Part shown: piece after piece, positions 53,668 to 63,440 of the stretch | Position numbering within the stretch: the stretch's first letter is position 1 | Layout: every line of letters starts with the position of its first letter | Source of the DNA: Acidobacteriota bacterium | Lineage (GTDB): Bacteria; Acidobacteriota; UBA6911; RPQK01; CBDAPI01 | NCBI GenBank assembly: GCA_965248635.1 | Contig: OZ252114.1 | Span: 2,847,814 to 2,911,813, forward strand | DNA length: 64,000 bases | Direction: 5' to 3' | Position numbers and translations under genes: made by a program | The notes under the pieces: model-generated | Told to the model about the DNA's origin: nothing | Seen by the model: the letters and a program-made list of their open reading frames with translations, nothing else | The model's database searches: none

Positions 53668-54465
53668 TTGTACCCCAAAATCCTGGAACTGGGTCCCATA
53701 ACGCTGCACTCCTACGGTCTCTTGCTGGCCCTGGCCTTCCTTTCGGCTACCGCTCTGCTGGCTCGCCTCGCTGCTCGTGAACAGGTTCCCCGAAGCCGGG
53801 CCTGGGATCTCGCCTTCGTGGTGATTCTCTCCTCCCTCCTGGGAGCGAAGCTGCTGATGGTGCTGAACAATTTCAACTACTACCTCTCTCAGCCCTCGAG
53901 GTTTGTGAGTCTGGAATTCTGGCAGGCCGGCGGAGCCTATTTCGGAGGTCTGATCGGCGCCATCCTGGGTAGTTACTGGTACATATCTCGCTCTTCCGAC
54001 CTCAATTTTCCGGTGATGGCGGACGCCGCAGCGCCGGCCATCGCGCTGGGCCAGACGCTCGGGCGGCTGGGTTGTTTTGGTGCAGGGTGTGACTACGGGA
54101 AGCCGACCAGCCAGCCCTGGGGGGTCACATTCACCAGCGAATATGCGAATCAGAATGTGGGTGTTCCTCTCAATGTCACCCTCCATCCCACCCAGCTTTA
54201 CGAATCGGTGGGAGCCTTATTGCTTTTCTTCATCCTGCTTTGGATTCACGGCCGCAGGCGTTTCGCAGGCCAGGTATTTGCCGCCTATCTGATGGGCTAT
54301 GGCCTTCTCAGGTTTGCGAATGAGTTCTTTCGGGGCGATCGGGACCGTGGGCTTCTGTTTGACGGCCAGGTGTCCATCCACCAGTTGATCGCGGTCGGTC
54401 TGGTTCTGGCGGCCCTCATTATTCTCTACTCTACTCGCAAGAAATCGAATCCACAACGTGCCTGA
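53668..54465 (+). CDS. lgt: prolipoprotein diacylglyceryl transferase
   Basis: 265 aa with a TTG start. LGPITLHSYGLLLALAFL, GRLGCFGAGCDYGKP and HPTQLYES motifs. Confidence 0.9.
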   Translation: MYPKILELGPITLHSYGLLLALAFLSATALLARLAAREQVPRSRAWDLAFVVILSSLLGAKLLMVLNNFNYYLSQPSRFVSLEFWQAGGAYFGGLIGAILGSYWYISRSSDLNFPVMADAAAPAIALGQTLGRLGCFGAGCDYGKPTSQPWGVTFTSEYANQNVGVPLNVTLHPTQLYESVGALLLFFILLWIHGRRRFAGQVFAAYLMGYGLLRFANEFFRGDRDRGLLFDGQVSIHQLIAVGLVLAALIILYSTRKKSNPQRA

Positions 54466-55396
54466 AACGCGCACTTTCCGAGCCAATCTTCCGGATGAAG
54501 GGCTGCGCATCGACAGTTTTCTCCAGAGACGCATGGGAGAGTCGCGCAGTGTGATACAGAGGTGGATCAAAGAGGGGCACGTCGCCATCAACGGCCAGGA
54601 ATGCAAGGCGAGCCGGCGCCTCCGGCCGGCCGACGAGATCGAGGTGGAGCCTCTTCCGCCCCCGGCCATGGATCTGGTCCCAGAGAATCTGCCGCTCTCC
54701 ACTGTTTTCGAGGACGAGTCCCTGGTGGTTGTGGACAAGCCGGCCGGAATGGTGGTGCATCCGGGAGCGGGCAACCACACTGGAACGCTCGTAAACGCCT
54801 TGCTGTATCACTTTGAGAGGATCAGTCGCGGGGACACCATCAGGCCGGGGATCGTGCACCGTCTTGACAAGGACACCTCAGGCCTTCTGGTCGTGGCCAA
54901 GACCGACCGGGCTCATGATCACCTGGCCCGGCAGTTCCAGGAGCGACTGGTAACCAAGCTCTACCTGTGCCTGGTTCATGGACGCATCGAAAGCGACCGC
55001 GGCGAGATCGATATCCCGGTTGGACGGCATGTTACCAGGAGGACCAGGATGTCGACGCGCAGCCGGGCTCCGCGCCCTGCTCTCACGGGGTATCGCGTTA
55101 TCCGGCGCTTAGCCGAATTCTCGTATCTGGAAGTGAAACTTCACACCGGGCGGACCCATCAAATCAGAGTGCATCTGGAACATATCGGTCATCCGGTTGT
55201 GGGAGATCCGGTGTACTGTGCCAACCGGAAGCCGGTGCAGGGGGACTCGTCGGCCGGCCAATTGATCGGCCAACTGGATCGCCAGTTTCTGCATGCTTCG
55301 ATCCTCGGATTCGCGCATCCCGTAACGGGTGCTGCACAGAGATTCGAATCGCCGCCGGCAAGGGACCTTGCTACGATTTTGGAGCTTCTGGAATAA
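54458..55396 (+). CDS. rluD: RluA-family 23S rRNA pseudouridine synthase (RluD type, S4 domain)
   Basis: 312 aa with catalytic HRLDKDTSGLLVVAKT and GRTHQIRVH. GTG start overlapping the lgt end by 8 nt. Confidence 0.9.
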   Translation: MPETRTFRANLPDEGLRIDSFLQRRMGESRSVIQRWIKEGHVAINGQECKASRRLRPADEIEVEPLPPPAMDLVPENLPLSTVFEDESLVVVDKPAGMVVHPGAGNHTGTLVNALLYHFERISRGDTIRPGIVHRLDKDTSGLLVVAKTDRAHDHLARQFQERLVTKLYLCLVHGRIESDRGEIDIPVGRHVTRRTRMSTRSRAPRPALTGYRVIRRLAEFSYLEVKLHTGRTHQIRVHLEHIGHPVVGDPVYCANRKPVQGDSSAGQLIGQLDRQFLHASILGFAHPVTGAAQRFESPPARDLATILELLE

Positions 55397-56334
55397 TGAT
55401 GGGAGTGTCGTCACGTGGTTTCCAAAACGCTGCACTCTGCCTTTGCCTTGCCCCTTGCCAGGTGGCGACCGCTCTGGCCCAGTCCGATGGTGATCCAGTA
55501 GATGCGATCCGGGTTGAAGTGGAAGCCGTCAACCTGCTGGTCTCGGTGCACCAGGAAAAGACCGGCACCTTTCTGAGGAACCTGTCTCCCCACGACTTTG
55601 AGATCTATGAGGATGGGGTCCGCCAGGAGATCACGAACTTCGTGGAGCAGATCAATCTGCCCCTGGCTATCGCCCTCTGTATCGATACGAGTTCGAGCGT
55701 CCGGATCAAACTCAAGTTTGAAAAGGAGGCGGCTACGGACTTCCTGCACGCGGTGATGAGGCCGTCGGATCTGACCCTACTCCTGGAGTTCGATACAGCC
55801 GCCACTCTGCTCCATGATTTCACTTCCAATCCCAACGATCTGACTCGTGAGATCGATCATCTTCGAGCCGGAGGTGGAACCTCGCTTTACGATGCGATTT
55901 ATCTGGTCTCGAAGCAGAAGATGATGGATGTCAAGGGGCGCAGGACACTGGTCATCCTCTCTGATGGAGCCGACCAGACCAGCCAGACGACTTTCGAGGA
56001 GGCTTTACGGGCTGCTTTCGAGGCGGAAGCGGCTGTTTATGCCATCAGTACGACGCGTTTTGGAGCGGAAATCGACCACGAAGGAGACAATGCTCTCAAA
56101 CAGATGGCGCACAGCACCGGCGGGCGGGTCTATTTTCCCTATTCGACGAAAGACCTGACCAAGGCTTTCAGAGCGATCAATGAGGAACTGCGCAACCAGT
56201 ACAATATCGCCTACACTCCGACCAACAAAAAAGCGGACGGCACTTTCCGGAAACTGAGGGTGAGGGTCAAACGCGGGAACACCATCCTCTATTACCGGAA
56301 AGGGTACTTTGCGCCCCTGAAGAGTCCCAGCTGA
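55396..56334 (+). CDS. VWFA-related acidobacterial-type domain protein (TIGR03436-like)
   Basis: The real start is ATG 55396 (TAATG overlap with rluD); the ORF-track start 54967 lies inside rluD. Signal peptide, IRVEVEAVNLLVSV...FEIYEDGVRQEI, MIDAS-like DTSSS, GGTSLYDA, ILSDGADQTS, and C-terminal FRKLRVRVKR. Confidence 0.85.
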   Translation: MMGVSSRGFQNAALCLCLAPCQVATALAQSDGDPVDAIRVEVEAVNLLVSVHQEKTGTFLRNLSPHDFEIYEDGVRQEITNFVEQINLPLAIALCIDTSSSVRIKLKFEKEAATDFLHAVMRPSDLTLLLEFDTAATLLHDFTSNPNDLTREIDHLRAGGGTSLYDAIYLVSKQKMMDVKGRRTLVILSDGADQTSQTTFEEALRAAFEAEAAVYAISTTRFGAEIDHEGDNALKQMAHSTGGRVYFPYSTKDLTKAFRAINEELRNQYNIAYTPTNKKADGTFRKLRVRVKRGNTILYYRKGYFAPLKSPS

Positions 56335-56370
56335 ACTTCCAGTCCACTCAACCTGAAGCGAGGAGGAACC

Positions 56371-56415
56371 ATGCTGAAAGAGTTCAAAGAATTTGCCATG
56401 AACGGCCCTCGCTAG
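56371..56415 (+). pseudogene. mscL: 5' remnant of mscL (14 codons) with intact Shine-Dalgarno
   Basis: My own reading: aggagg (56361-66), then ATG ...: MLKEFKEFAMNGPR*. MscL proteins begin MLKEFKEFAMRGNV.... The ORF ends inside the stop region of the convergent gene. Confidence 0.6.
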
Positions 56416-57932
56416 TTCCGGTTCTTCGGGCCAGAGCTGATCTGTTCTCTCCATTCCTCGACCTGCCGGGCTGCCACGTCCCGTCCCCCCAGGCCGAAGG
56501 CCAGAGCTATCGCCACAGCGATGGCACCGACGGTCATCCCGAAAGCCAGGTTGATGATCTCGTTGGCCAGTCCCATTTCCCCCAGTGCCATGGCTCCGGT
56601 CAGAATGAGAATCGCGAGTCGGGCGCCATTTGCCAGAATCCGTGCCTGTGAAGCGTTGCTGGCAGAAACAGTATTGTAAGCGACTCCTGCCAGATACATA
56701 CCCACGCCCAGAATGACAAGCCCCAAGACGATGCGGCCGCCGAAGACCAGGAACTGGGACATCAGCTGTCCTACTACATCGAAGCCCATCAGTTCCGCCG
56801 CCTCCGCTGAGGCAAACAGCATCAGCACGATCAAGACCAGATTGCCAGCCACAACCGAAGGGGACCTCTGTCCTTCCACCTGCATCTTGCTGAAGCCGAT
56901 CCTGGCCAGAATGAAGTCGAATCCGATTGCCGAGAGCAGGTTCTGGCCCAGGCCGGCAACTACTTTGCCCACCATGTAGGCAATGGCCAGCACCAGGCAG
57001 GCCGCGAACACGTTGGGAATCGCCATCAACATCGTATTCAGCATCTGGCTGGCGGGCCTGGTAATCGACTCGATGGCGAGTGCTTCCAGTGCCGCGATCA
57101 GGACTGGAATGAGAATCAGCACATAGAGGACGGTTCCCAGCAGGTTCGACAGCCGCTGCTTTCCCAGAGCTCGGGACAGACCAATCGACTCGCCAAAACT
57201 GTCAGCTCCAATCGCCACCAGCAGACTGGTAACAATTTGCTGGACGATGCGGGCCACAAACCAGCCGACTGCCAGGATGAGACCGGCTGCCAGGAGTTGC
57301 GGCAGAAAGGCCAGCAGCTTGTCGACCAGATTCTGTACTGGAGCCAGCAAGCCGTCCAGACCAAGAGGGCTGAGGATGGCAGGAAGAAAAAAGAGGAAAA
57401 CCAGCCAGTACACGGCTTCGCTCAGGGTCTGTGCAAGGGGAAGCTGTTTGTCCTCCTCGCGTTCTGTCTGGGCACTGACCCGAGCATCCAGGTTAGCACG
57501 CTCGAGTGCTCTTCGCAGCAGCGACCGAAGCACGCTGGCCAGGGCCCAGGCCAGGAAGATGAGGACAATCGGGCCGATGAGGCGGGGGGCAAATTCGAAG
57601 ACCCGAGTCAGAAACCCGCTCAACGGTTCCGTCACTACCGTCATCCCCAGGGACTGGGAGAAAGCGACCAGGACGAACAGGAGCAGGACATAGAAGACGG
57701 CCTTCGACACCCACTTCTCAATGGGGACGGGCGGTCCCTCCTGGCGGGGCCAGATCCAGTCGGCCACCCGGTTGTCCAGTTCGGTGCGAGTCAGGATCCG
57801 CCTGACGATTGCAGCGATGATGCGGGCAGCCAGCCATCCGACGACGAGAATCAGAATGGACGTCAGAAGTGTCGGGAGGTGCACGCCGACATACTTGTGC
57901 AGTAGATCGAGGTAGTTCTGAAACTGGGACAT
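56412..57932 (-). CDS. polytopic membrane protein with conserved TM-helix repeats (mechanosensitive-channel-related family, tentative)
   Basis: 506 aa with about 10 TM segments in repeated units, such as LILVVGWLAARIIAAIVRRIL and LILAVGWFVARIVQQIVTSLL. Confidence 0.6.
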   Translation of the reverse strand: MSQFQNYLDLLHKYVGVHLPTLLTSILILVVGWLAARIIAAIVRRILTRTELDNRVADWIWPRQEGPPVPIEKWVSKAVFYVLLLFVLVAFSQSLGMTVVTEPLSGFLTRVFEFAPRLIGPIVLIFLAWALASVLRSLLRRALERANLDARVSAQTEREEDKQLPLAQTLSEAVYWLVFLFFLPAILSPLGLDGLLAPVQNLVDKLLAFLPQLLAAGLILAVGWFVARIVQQIVTSLLVAIGADSFGESIGLSRALGKQRLSNLLGTVLYVLILIPVLIAALEALAIESITRPASQMLNTMLMAIPNVFAACLVLAIAYMVGKVVAGLGQNLLSAIGFDFILARIGFSKMQVEGQRSPSVVAGNLVLIVLMLFASAEAAELMGFDVVGQLMSQFLVFGGRIVLGLVILGVGMYLAGVAYNTVSASNASQARILANGARLAILILTGAMALGEMGLANEIINLAFGMTVGAIAVAIALAFGLGGRDVAARQVEEWREQISSGPKNRN

Positions 57933-58036
57933 GATCTCCTCCTGTTCTCGATTTCAAAAACCGAAATCGAATGAGAACTCGTCCTCAAGGTTATCGCTTG
58001 CCTCTGGCAAACTAAGAGCGCCTCGGCAAGCGGAGT

Positions 58037-58945
58037 TCACTGGCCGCTGCTTTTCAGGTCCGAATCACCCTGGCCGAAGCGCCGTCTGAGTTCGCCGTAG
58101 TGGGAAGCCCGATCCATTTTGCCTCGTTTTGCAAAGCCCTGTTCCAGGATCTCCGCCTTGCGCACAATTTCTGCGGCAGCCCACTGGCATTGTTGGGGTG
58201 TGAGGCAACCGCTGTCCACCGATTTCAGGAGAGCTCGCAGGCGGTATCGGTCCATGCCCCAGCGACTTCGTGAGAGTTGATCGGCATGTCCTCCCCGCTT
58301 GACCACCAGCTTTTCAGGCAGAAATAAGACCGGCCGGCGGGCCGTAATCCTGAGCCACAGTTCGTAGTCCTCGCAGACCGGATAGCTTTCGTCGAAAAGA
58401 CCGGATTCCTCCAGCAGAGTTCGGTGCAGCAGGATAGAACTGGGGCTGATCAGGCAAAGCCGGAGACAATGGTGAAACATCCAGCCGGAGCGCTTCTGGT
58501 GATGCTTGCGGGGGTTGACGCGGACCCCGGAGCGAATCCAGATTTCGTCGGTATGAACAGCCTGATACTCCGGATTCGACTCCAGAGCTTCGACCTGCTG
58601 TTGCAGCTTCTGTTTGTGCCAGTAGTCGTCGCTGTCCAGGAAAGCAACCCAGTCGTATCGGGCGGCTCGAATACCCCTGTTGCGGGCTGCACTGACGCCG
58701 CTGTGCTCCTGCCGGATGCAGCGGATCCCATCCCCGATCAGGGGCTCGATTGCCTGGCTCGTCCCGTCGCTTGACCCGTCGTCAATCACCAGCAGTTCCC
58801 AATCCCGGAAGCTCTGCGTGCGAACCGACTCAACCGCTTCCAGGAGCAGCTGTTTCCGGTTAAAAGTGGGAATGATAACGCTGATCAAAGCGGAGTCAGG
58901 CTTTGCCCCGCAGGTCAAAGGGCAGAATGGCTGCGGAGATCTCAC
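58037..58945 (-). CDS. family-2 glycosyltransferase
   Basis: 302 aa with ISVIIPTFNRKQLL...LLVIDDGSSDGT...FLDSDD. The ATG at 58945 overlaps the upstream gene by 50 nt; an internal TTG just before ISVIIP is also possible. Confidence 0.8.
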   Translation of the reverse strand: MRSPQPFCPLTCGAKPDSALISVIIPTFNRKQLLLEAVESVRTQSFRDWELLVIDDGSSDGTSQAIEPLIGDGIRCIRQEHSGVSAARNRGIRAARYDWVAFLDSDDYWHKQKLQQQVEALESNPEYQAVHTDEIWIRSGVRVNPRKHHQKRSGWMFHHCLRLCLISPSSILLHRTLLEESGLFDESYPVCEDYELWLRITARRPVLFLPEKLVVKRGGHADQLSRSRWGMDRYRLRALLKSVDSGCLTPQQCQWAAAEIVRKAEILEQGFAKRGKMDRASHYGELRRRFGQGDSDLKSSGQ

Positions 58946-61388
58946 GGTTACGCCGGATCTTGTCTTTATACATCGCCTGGTCCGCCAGGGACAGCAGCAG
59001 GTCGAGGTCTTTGCCGTCGTGCGGAAAGGTGGCGCTTCCCACGCTCAGGCCCACACCCACAACCTCCCCCCGCCGGAGGACAATTTTGTGCGCTCCCACG
59101 GCCTCCTGAAGTCGCTCGATGGTCGACTTGGCCAGTTCGCTGCCGGCTCCCGGCAGCAGGGCTACAAACTCGTCGCCCCCGTAGCGGATACAGGTATCGG
59201 ATCTCCTGAGCTGGTTTCTCAGAACATGGGAGACTTCGATCAGTACCCGATCACCGATGCGGTGCCCCCAGCTGTCGTTAACGCCCTTGAAGGAGTCGAG
59301 ATCCATCATGAGGAGGGTGACCGGATGGTCGACCCGCCGGGCTCGTCTCAGCTCCTGCTCTCCGAACACCCGAAAGTAGCGCAGGTTGGGCAAGCCCGTC
59401 AGGGCGTCCGTATAGGCGTCTTCCTGGGTCTCTTCGTAGACGAGGGCATTGTTGACAGCAGCCGCCGCCTGCCGGGAGAGAGTGTCAAGCAGGCGCAGGT
59501 GGTTGTCGTGAAAGATCGCCTTCACCTTGGCGTAGACCGTGATGACGCCGACGACCCGGTCATCCAGACTCAGGGGAATGGAGACGCAACTCTGGAACGA
59601 CTCTTTGAGCCCTGGATGGTTGGCGAAGTCGGGAGCGGGTGACACATTGGCAAGCATTTGGTTATTGGCTGCCACCCAGCCCGTCACGCCATCCCCGATC
59701 GTGATGCTCAGTTGATCCAGTTCTTCCGTCAGTTCGCCGGAGGTGTTGTAGGGCACCAGCTGGTCGGAGTGAGGGTCAGCCAGGAAAACGGCACACCCGT
59801 CATAGGGAACAAGGTTGCTGACCTTAGTCGTGATCAGGGCCAGTGTCTCCGACACATTCAGAGTTTTTCCGACGCTTTCCGAGATCTCATAAACGGCCTG
59901 AATCTCGCGGTGGGCCGAGGCAATGTCGTGGAACACGGTCTTTGCGATGTCGGGATCAGGAGCCGGTTCCTGGAGGCTGGCAGCGACGGTTTCGGGAGGG
60001 ACCGGGTTGGCGGCTTCCGATGCGGCCATCTTGGTCTCAAACTCTTCAACATTTTCGACAAGGGCTTGAACTACGGCCGGATCGTAAGATTTCTCCGCCA
60101 GGCCCATAATGTACTCGAGAGCGACTTCCCGGCTCATGGCCCCCCGGTAGGGTCGATCCGACCGCAGGGCGGCGTAGCAGTCGGCCACCGTGAGGATACG
60201 AGCTCCGAGAGGGATATCTTCTCCTTTCAGACCGTCGGGGTATCCGCTTCCGTCCCACTTTTCGTGGTGGTGCCGAACATAAGGGACGACCTCGTAGGGG
60301 AAGGGAACTGTCTTCAGGATTTCTGCCCCCACCTCAGGGTGGGTCTGCATCTTCTGGATTTCCCATTTGGTCAGCCCTGAGGGCTTGTTGAGGATGTACT
60401 CGGGGATCGCCAGTTTCCCGATGTCATGCAGCAGCGCGGCAGCCTTCAGTCCCTCGACATCTTCCTCCCGGCCCTCTTTCCAGCGCAGCTTCTCAGCGAT
60501 CATCAACACGAGTTGCTGAACCCGGTTGACGTGTCCATGAGTGTACTGATCCTTGGCGTCGATGGCCATGGCCAGCGAAGCGATCGTAGAGTGGAAAAGC
60601 TGCCTCATCTGATCGGCGTGAGCCAGGGCAGCGTTGATCCGGGTAGTGTTTAGCCGGTACGCATAGTACAAGGCGGCGACGATGGGAATTGCTACGACCA
60701 GAGAAAGAACGCGCCCTCGATCAAGATTGAGAAAAACAAAAGCAGCAACCGAAGAACCAGCCAGCGTGGCCAGGGCAGAGGTAAAGAAATTCTCTCTCCA
60801 CGCCTCAGCTAGAGGGCGCCTCGAGGCCAACGCGATTGCAAGCACGACTCCACCCGAATTGATGGTGTAGAAAAGCAGACTAGCTACTCCAACGAGGGCG
60901 AAGAAAGTTCCAAAATCCTGCACTTTTTCGGGACTCCCGATAGGCGGAGGCACTCTCAAGAGAAAATGGAAAGTCCATCCACTGACCCATGCAGCAATAC
61001 AAAGAAGCGAGAGATTGAAGAAGTACTTGTAGGGTTTCTTGAACTGACCCCTTAGACCGGTCACCGCTCCGTCCATTGTGGCGAGACTTGCAGCCACGCT
61101 TGGGCCAAACAGCAGTAATCCCAGGAAGACGAAGACGTCGCTCACAGTGACGCAAAGAGAATGAGTTTTTCCCTCCCGGACAGAAGTGACAATGTGGATT
61201 GGAAAGAGACTAGATAATACTGTTAGAGAAGCTAAGAGCAGCCACTGCGCTCCGTGTTGTATTGAGGCATCAATGAGGCAATAGAGGAAGGTGGGAACTC
61301 CGGCGATAATTACGCCGAAGACAAACGTCGTACACGCTCTCGGGAGTTGATCCTTTCCAAAAAAACCTTCAGAAACCATGAGCCCCAA
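58896..61388 (-). CDS. membrane-anchored HD-GYP / GAF / GGDEF multidomain c-di-GMP protein
   Basis: 830 aa with about 7 N-terminal TM segments. HD-GYP region HGHVNRVQQL...LHDIGKLAIP...HHEKWDGSGYPDGL. GAF-like segment. GGDEF region RYGGDEFVALLPG with D..TGLPN upstream. Confidence 0.88.
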   Translation of the reverse strand: MGLMVSEGFFGKDQLPRACTTFVFGVIIAGVPTFLYCLIDASIQHGAQWLLLASLTVLSSLFPIHIVTSVREGKTHSLCVTVSDVFVFLGLLLFGPSVAASLATMDGAVTGLRGQFKKPYKYFFNLSLLCIAAWVSGWTFHFLLRVPPPIGSPEKVQDFGTFFALVGVASLLFYTINSGGVVLAIALASRRPLAEAWRENFFTSALATLAGSSVAAFVFLNLDRGRVLSLVVAIPIVAALYYAYRLNTTRINAALAHADQMRQLFHSTIASLAMAIDAKDQYTHGHVNRVQQLVLMIAEKLRWKEGREEDVEGLKAAALLHDIGKLAIPEYILNKPSGLTKWEIQKMQTHPEVGAEILKTVPFPYEVVPYVRHHHEKWDGSGYPDGLKGEDIPLGARILTVADCYAALRSDRPYRGAMSREVALEYIMGLAEKSYDPAVVQALVENVEEFETKMAASEAANPVPPETVAASLQEPAPDPDIAKTVFHDIASAHREIQAVYEISESVGKTLNVSETLALITTKVSNLVPYDGCAVFLADPHSDQLVPYNTSGELTEELDQLSITIGDGVTGWVAANNQMLANVSPAPDFANHPGLKESFQSCVSIPLSLDDRVVGVITVYAKVKAIFHDNHLRLLDTLSRQAAAAVNNALVYEETQEDAYTDALTGLPNLRYFRVFGEQELRRARRVDHPVTLLMMDLDSFKGVNDSWGHRIGDRVLIEVSHVLRNQLRRSDTCIRYGGDEFVALLPGAGSELAKSTIERLQEAVGAHKIVLRRGEVVGVGLSVGSATFPHDGKDLDLLLSLADQAMYKDKIRRNREISAAILPFDLRGKA

Positions 61389-61678
61389 CTAGGCTTTTTA
61401 GCCTAGCACAAGCACCATGCACTTCGCATTCGGAAAAGACTAAAGTCCCTTTGGGGTCTCCCGCAGCCAATTGCGGCCCATTGGAGATTCCAGGGGCCTG
61501 GAGGGAAGCCCGGGGTAACTAATTGTGTGCTTTCTTAGTCAATCCAATGAACCATTTCTTATCTCCTTTGCTTTGAACCCCACTAATTTTGAGTAATCAC
61601 ACATCAAGGTTGTTGCCCGCTCGAATCGCTAGTTAATGAACCAAATGAACCATCCGTGACATCTGCCTTTCTCCCTTC

Positions 61679-63268
61679 TCAGTCATCACCGTCTAAAGCT
61701 GCGGAGCCGTCAGCCCACATCGCTCCCCACATGGAACTGTCGTCAGCCCACATCGCTCCCCTGCTATCAGTCATTGATCTGCTTGGAAGGGCTGTGGGCT
61801 TGGAGGCGCTAGTCTCGAGGTAACGAACCGGATTTCTGATCGAGACGTCAGTTGTGCTATCGCTTCGAGTCTCTGAGAACCGGGCCGTCAACTTAAGCGC
61901 CTGGTGTACATTCAAAGTGCCTCTGCCCGTCTCCAACGGGTGTGCTTGAGCATCATGGGTAACAGTCGCAAGCAATGCTCGCTTGACGCCAAACGGGGAA
62001 AGTCTTGGCTCCGCTTGCAAGAGAAGCAACGCTGAGCCACTGACCAGTGGAACGGCCATGCTGGAGCCACTCATTTCCAGGTAATCATTGCCAATGCGAG
62101 AGTCGGACCGCTCCGCTGCAAGGAAGCTCTCAGGCGAGCCCAGACTCGTGATTCGGTTGCCGGGCGCAGCAAGGTCAGGCTTCCACAGCCCCGTGCCAAA
62201 GCTCGGGCCCCGAGAACCGTAAGTCGTGGCAACATCGTCCGTTCGATCGGCAGTGCCCCTGTGATTCAGCGGGTATGCGGTAATGACATAAGGAGACGTT
62301 CCAGGGCTCGTCACAGCTCCCCAGATCTGTGGATAACCCTCCAGCTTGCCGAGGTTGCCGGAGGAAGCCACTACCGTGATCCCTGCGCGGGTCATGCTCT
62401 TGACGGCTTGGCACAGAGGATCCTCATAAAAAGGTTCAAAAGCAGGCGTGCTCACCGAGAAGTTGGCCACGCGGACATCGAGTTCCTGTCGGTATTCCGT
62501 GATCCACTCGATGGCCGCAATCAGGTTGCTGACCCGACCCGTGCCATCGTCTCCAAGGACCTTTACGTCGATCAGCGAAGCTCGCGGTGCCACGCCCCGA
62601 TACAGTCCTCCGGAAGACCGCCCGTCGCCCGCAATCAAGCCGGCAACATGGGTGCCGTGTCCGTAGCCGTCGTGATTTTGGTCTGTGATCACCGCCTCGC
62701 CTGAGGTGAAGTCCACCGAAAACACGATCTTGTTTCCGAAGTCGAGATCCGGGTGAGCATAGATCCCCGAGTCAAACACAGCCACGGTCATTCCGTCCCC
62801 GTCCAGGCCAGCTCGACTGATGCCCTGCGCTCCTATCGTGGCAAGGTAGTCATTGCCGGCCAGGTTCGGGTTGGCCGACCGCTTCGCGGAACGATTAATC
62901 CTGCTGGCGCTTACGACCGAGTCGATACTGATCCGCTCGACGTCCCCCGACTCCAAAAGCCGGTCGATCTCCTCGCTTCGCAAGAAAGTACTGTAGCTGC
63001 GGATCGAAGTAAGGGTCCGCGCACGGCCGGTGAGAGTCCCGGACATCCTGGCCGACTGGGCAAGACGCACGATCACCGGTATCTTGTATTCGTATTCGGG
63101 ATTGTCCCGTAAAAAGCCGATTTCGTCGGCCAGATAGGGGGAGATCTTCCGGGCCGATTCTGAAAGCTGCCTGCTTTGGGCTCTCTGGCCGAAAGAAGCC
63201 GTAGAGCCGGCCAAAAGCAGAACGAGTAAGACTAGCTGAATCGGGCTGGAACGTTGTCTACAAAACAT
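61679..63268 (-). CDS. secreted subtilisin-like (S8) serine protease
   Basis: 529 aa with a signal peptide. Triad VAVFDSGIY (Asp), HGTHVAGLIAG (His) and GSSMAVPLVSG (Ser). The C-terminal tail carries an 11-aa duplication. Confidence 0.88.
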   Translation of the reverse strand: MFCRQRSSPIQLVLLVLLLAGSTASFGQRAQSRQLSESARKISPYLADEIGFLRDNPEYEYKIPVIVRLAQSARMSGTLTGRARTLTSIRSYSTFLRSEEIDRLLESGDVERISIDSVVSASRINRSAKRSANPNLAGNDYLATIGAQGISRAGLDGDGMTVAVFDSGIYAHPDLDFGNKIVFSVDFTSGEAVITDQNHDGYGHGTHVAGLIAGDGRSSGGLYRGVAPRASLIDVKVLGDDGTGRVSNLIAAIEWITEYRQELDVRVANFSVSTPAFEPFYEDPLCQAVKSMTRAGITVVASSGNLGKLEGYPQIWGAVTSPGTSPYVITAYPLNHRGTADRTDDVATTYGSRGPSFGTGLWKPDLAAPGNRITSLGSPESFLAAERSDSRIGNDYLEMSGSSMAVPLVSGSALLLLQAEPRLSPFGVKRALLATVTHDAQAHPLETGRGTLNVHQALKLTARFSETRSDSTTDVSIRNPVRYLETSASKPTALPSRSMTDSRGAMWADDSSMWGAMWADGSAALDGDD

Positions 63269-63440
63269 GACGAACTCCCAATCTCATCCGGTCGAGAGGC
63301 CCACATCCTCTCGATTTTTCGGTCTCGGGGGATTGCCACGAAAAAACAGAGCGTCATCGTGCCAACCCCCACCCTGACCGAACACTGCCTGCCTGATCCG
63401 CTAAGGCTGAGTTGTGATGTCCGTCACCTGGCGGTTTAGT

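Noticed and set aside
54967-55395. 143-codon upstream extension of the VWFA ORF
   Set aside because: It lies entirely inside rluD in another frame. The signal peptide of the VWFA protein starts at ATG 55396.
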